Origin: Gracilinanus agilis
Taxonomy: Eukaryota
Assembly: GCF_016433145.1 (NCBI RefSeq)
Contig: NC_058133.1
Location: forward strand, 168,158,481-168,222,480
Length of the DNA stretch: 64,000 nt
Direction: 5' to 3'
Part shown: piece after piece, positions 59,684 through 64,000 of the stretch
Layout: each line of letters starts with the position of its first letter
Position numbering within the stretch: the stretch's first letter is position 1
Made by a program: the position numbers and the translations under genes
Notes under the pieces: generated by a model
Database searches by the model: none
Told to the model about the DNA's origin: nothing
Seen by the model: the letters and a program-made list of their open reading frames with translations, nothing else

Positions 59684-60294
59684 AAGTTCCCAGAGAGGCT
59701 GATGCCACTACCTGGGCACAACAGGCCTCAGAGCCTGACAAAGGGGGCAGAGTTGGGGGGGGGCGTTTAAGGGAAAAGACATCAGCTTAGAGAGATGAGT
59801 GAGACATGTGGCGCCCAGGAAGTAAAGGAGAAGGAAAGGGCTGGGAAGCGAGAAAGGCGGTTAGCAGTGGAAGTCAGTAAATAAATCAAAGGAAACCTGG
59901 AGTGGACCCCAGTAACAACCCAGTCATGAAGGATGTTAGAAAAAGGAACAGATAATGGAGGGCAGGTGAGAAACCCTTTCAGGAGGGAAGGGACTTGAGG
60001 AAGGAGCTGAGCAGGATGAAGAAGGTGGCAGCAACCTCCTGAAGCAGGAGCTGCCCAAGTTCCTCATGTTTGCCTGGCCCTTTCATTAAGATGTCCTTGT
60101 ACCCTCGGCGTCATTGAACAGTGTGAGTAGAGCACCTATTCTTCGAGATTTCACTATGCTGGAAGCAGGAGCTTTGCATCCGGCCTGGCTCCCTCCTGGT
60201 GTCCTTGGCTTTCTGGTTTATTCACTAGGATGAACTAAAACTTCAGAGTTGGAAGGGGTAGAACCTTGGAGTTTAACCAATCCAACTCCTCATT

Positions 60295-60454
60295 TTTTTA
60301 GACCCCGACTTTTTGTCTTAGTAATAACTCTAAGACAGAAGGGTAAGGGTTTACCCAAGGCCACACAGCTAGGATGTGTCTGAGGCCACGTTGGAAAACA
60401 GGGAGCTCCTGTCTCCAGGCCGGGATCTCTATCCCAGAGCCATCTAGCTGCCCT
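60295..60454 (-). mobile_element. SINE1-like SINE (diverged)
   Basis: Reverse-complement body ending TAGCTGCCC. Confidence 0.65.
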
Positions 60455-61299
60455 CTATCTCCTCACTTTACAGATTAGACACCCAAGGCTCAGAAAGGAG
60501 ACATCGATGGCTGGGCCTTCCAGCTTCTTCTTTAATGCTCTTTCCAGAACTCCCATGGCAGGGCATGAGAGGAAGAAAGCAGAGTCGGGAACTTACTTTG
60601 ACTTTGTAGAATTGAAAGAATTTACAACTGGAAGGGGCCTTTGGGGTCAACCAGTCTAAGTCCCTCATTTTTACAGCTGAGGAAACCAAGGCTCAGAGAA
60701 GTAAAGGAAGCCCCAAGGTGTTAATAAGTGACAGACTTTGTGTCTTAACTAGGCATGGATTGGAATGCCCATGGACGGAGCGGGAATTTAGAAGGAAATG
60801 AAAATGTCTAAGACCCTGGGCACAGTGAGGAAGAACCAGGGAGAGAATAAACATTAGGGATTTACTTACTATGCACAAGGCACCAAACTACCCTTCAAAG
60901 TAGCTGTTATTCCCATTTTACAGTTAAAGAAACCAAGGCAAAAGGGTCAAGTGATTTGACTGGGGTCACATAAGCTAATATCCAAGGCTTGATTTGAATT
61001 CAGATCCTCCAGACTTCAGGTCCAGCACTTGTGTCTACTGGACCATTTAGCTGCCAAGAAAGAGGGAGAAAGGAAGGGTAGGTCAAAGAGCTTGCCTCAT
61101 CCAGGCAGACTCTAGTTTATACATCCTTTGCACCCCCTTGTGGCCCAGCACACAGCATCTGGCAAATAACTGACTGTATTTAAGCTTTAGCAAGGAGGAT
61201 CCTGGGATTTTTCCAGCTGATAAGAACCTGTCATCTCCTGAAATGCCTTCAGGTTCCTAGTAAATGTCATTATTCTTATTTTTAAAAATATTTAAATTA

Positions 61300-61516
61300 A
61301 AAAAAATTTAATATAAAACCCTTACTTCTGTCTTAGAATCAATACCATGAAAAGAAAAAAAAAAAGAATCAATACCATGTATTGGTTCCAAGGTAGACAA
61401 GTGGTAAGGGCTAAGCAATGGAGTTAAGCGACTTGCCCAGGGTTACACAGCCAGATTTGAACCCAGGACCTCCCATCTCTAGGCCTGGTTCTCAATCCAC
61501 TGAGCCACCCAGCTGC
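61300..61516 (-). mobile_element. SINE1-like SINE (rearranged tail)
   Basis: Reverse-complement body; AGAATCAATACCATG is duplicated in the tail. Confidence 0.8.
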
Positions 61517-62224
61517 CGCCTGCCATTATTCTTCTTGAGGGCAGGGATGATTTCATTTCCTCAGCTCCAAGGACCATCCACTGCACAGAGCTTGTGGCTA
61601 AGAAATATTTGTTGAATGAAGGAAACAGTCCTACAAAAGGGGAGAGCCCTACTACAAAAAATGGCAGCAAAATTTGAACCCCCAAATCCAGGAAGATTCC
61701 CCTTGGGGGACAGGGGATCCAGGTTATCCCAGGGGGTCCTCAGAGGATGATGACCCTAGGCCAGGCCTGGGAACAGGGAGGAGGCCAACCTGCCCCACTA
61801 GGGTCTCTCTGAGTGCTGACTGAGCATTTGGACCTGGATTTGAAGCCTTTCAAGTGGTTTCAGTTCTCAGGTTTCTTTTCTTTCATTTGCATAACGAGCT
61901 CTGGGGGTGGCCAGGAGGTTCCCCCAGTTCTTCTACCCCCTCAGGAAACAGATATGATGAGCTAGAAGTTTTTGAAGCAGTTGAGTCAGAGAGAAAAAAA
62001 AATCTCACTAGAGTGCCTTGGCCCCCAGTCAATGGCCCTCTGGAGGCCTCAGTTTCCCCTTTCTCTTTCCAGGGGAACCATGGGATTTTAAGATGAAGGG
62101 GATCATCTAATCCAGGAATTCTTAATAGGAATTATTTTTTAAGGTTGCCCCAAAGTACATGAATTAAAATTTTTTTTAATTAGCCTTTTTTATTTTTTAA
62201 AGAAAGGGTCTCCCTCTCTTTTTT

Positions 62225-62385
62225 TCCTCCTTTTTAACCTTTACTTTCTATCTTAATAACAACTCTAGGGCAGAAGGGTGAGGGCTAGACAAACGGGGTT
62301 AAGTGACTTGCCCAGGATCACACAACTAGAAAGTATCTGAGATCACATTTGAACCCAGCTCCTTGCCACTCCAGGCCTGGCATCC
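62225..62385 (-). mobile_element. SINE1-like SINE (partial)
   Basis: Reverse-complement tail and CORE-like segment. Confidence 0.7.
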
Positions 62386-62619
62386 CCCTGTCCCTTCCAG
62401 GAGGGAAGTGTAGCAGCCACTCTGGCTAGTTCTGCTGTTGGGCAGAGAAACTTTGACTGGCACTATTTCAGCCTTGGCAGTCTGATGGCAGTCCCACTCC
62501 CACCACTGGGTGCCTTAGTGCAGGGACCAGACTGAGGCAGATTAGCCCTAATGCTTCTCAGGCTCCCCAGCCTGAGAGATCCAGCAGCCAGCCCTGGAAC
62601 CTGCTATGTCCCAGACACT

Positions 62620-62830
62620 AGATGGAGGGCCTTACAGATATCAACTCCTTTGAGCCCCACAACGACCCTGTGAGGTAGATGCTCATGATCCCCATTTTAC
62701 AGTCCAGGAAACTGACGCAGACATCAGTGATGTGACTTGCCCAAAGTCACACAGCTAGTAAGTGTCTGAGGCTGGATTTGAACTCAATTCTTCCTAAATC
62801 CAGGCTCAAGGTTCTATCCACTTGGACCAC
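62620..62830 (-). mobile_element. MIR
   Basis: CCCACAACGACCCTGTGAGGTAG...CCCCATTTTACAG...GACTTGCCCAAAGTCACACAGCTAG. Confidence 0.75.
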
Positions 62831-63041
62831 CTCACCAGGATGATAAGCAAATAATCCCAGTCTAAATCCAGCGCTCTTAGCCTGGAGTCTGTTGGGTTTT
62901 TTTTGATTTGGTTTGGTTTTAATATTTCTTTTTCAAAATAAGTTTTATTGATGTCTTTTGCTTTTTATATCACCACAGTTTTTCTCAGTATGCCTCTCCA
63001 TCCTCCTCCTTGAAAATCATTCCATAGAACAAATAGTATTC

Positions 63042-63252
63042 TTTTTCTTTAACCCTTACCTTCCATCTTAGAACCAATACGCAGTATTGGCTCCAAGGCA
63101 GAAGAGTGGTAAGGGCTAGGCAATGGGGGTTAAGTGACTTGCTCAAGGTCACCCAGCTAGGAAATGTCTGAGGCTAGATTTGAACCCAGGATCTCCCTGG
63201 ATCCTAGGTTTCTGGGTCTGACTCTCAATCCACTGAACCACCCAGCTGCCCC
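63042..63252 (-). mobile_element. SINE1_Mdo-like SINE
   Basis: Full reverse-complement body ending CAGCTGCCCC. Confidence 0.88.
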
Positions 63253-64000
63253 CCACCCCCATCCTAGACAGGCTTTTAAAAAAACTTAAAATTGGGGGGC
63301 AGCTGGGTGGCTCAAAGACCTTCCTCCTCCTTAAAAGGGGAATGGTCTGAATTTACCTCTTCTCAGAGGGGGTGACCAAAGAGGGTCTCTTTTTTTTTTT
63401 TAAAGAAGGCATATTCTATAAAGTAATGATCAGTTCATACATGGTAGAAGCCAAGATCATGTTGGTAGCTTCAAAGCCAGCTGAGATATCATTCTATCTG
63501 GATACCTTCCAGGATGCCGCACCCGTGTGCAGCTCTCTCTGGCAAGGATATCTTGCCGCCGAGGCATTTCAGAGGATTTTCTCAGCGACTTTTACTCACA
63601 ATATGATTATAGATTACAGATTCTCATACAATAATTCGATGAATTAATTCATCTATGATTACACCTTATTATTTTTTTATTGGCCATCCAAGAGGATCAC
63701 GATGAATATATACTAATTAAAAGAGCCCAGTTAAGTGATCTTTTATGCTAGTAGGTGGAAAAAAAGCCAGGGAAGCCTGGAAGGTGTTGACATAATATTA
63801 GTTATGGTACCCCACTAAGCGCAGAAGCCAACTGCCAGCTTCGGGGAGTGGAGAAACAGAACATTAGCCATGTAGATGATGACTTCTAGGATTACAAGAG
63901 GGAGGAATCAGACGACCTGGACTGAGTCAGGGCCAACCTATTTTTAAAATTTTTATTTTATTTTATTTTATTTAAAAATATTTCTTCCATGGTTCCATGA

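Noticed and set aside
59700-64000. PMVK, the next gene expected by synteny
   Set aside because: No CpG-island promoter or PMVK-like exon was recognised before the window end.

Overview
Eukaryotic genomic DNA from a marsupial, most likely a didelphid opossum. This is inferred from abundant SINE1_Mdo-like and MAR1-like repeats; no database was searched. The window is the block syntenic to human 1q21.3, in reverse orientation: presumed ZBTB7B (ThPOK) upstream regulatory region (coding exons not in window), LENEP(-), FLAD1(-), CKS1B(-), a bidirectional promoter, SHC1(+), PYGO2(+) and PBXIP1(+). All six coding genes were rebuilt exon by exon with GT-AG junctions and consistent phase, and all appear intact. 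Introns and intergenic DNA hold SINEs, MIR, L2, CR1/L3, L1-like 3' ends and four hAT DNA-transposon MITEs. I found no CRISPR array, rRNA or bona fide tRNA, and no evidence of a wholly new gene system. The best leads are regulatory and comparative: (1) an open, conserved but AUG-less mitochondrial-presequence-like extension of FLAD1 with a CUG in good Kozak context; (2) a splice-created uORF whose stop overlaps the p52Shc AUG; (3) a candidate ThPOK silencer that carries a TATA box and a splice donor; (4) three copies of a young hAT MITE; (5) loss of most redox cysteines of FAD synthase; (6) a duplicated 3' splice region in PBXIP1. Comparisons with human proteins and literature are from memory and need checking.
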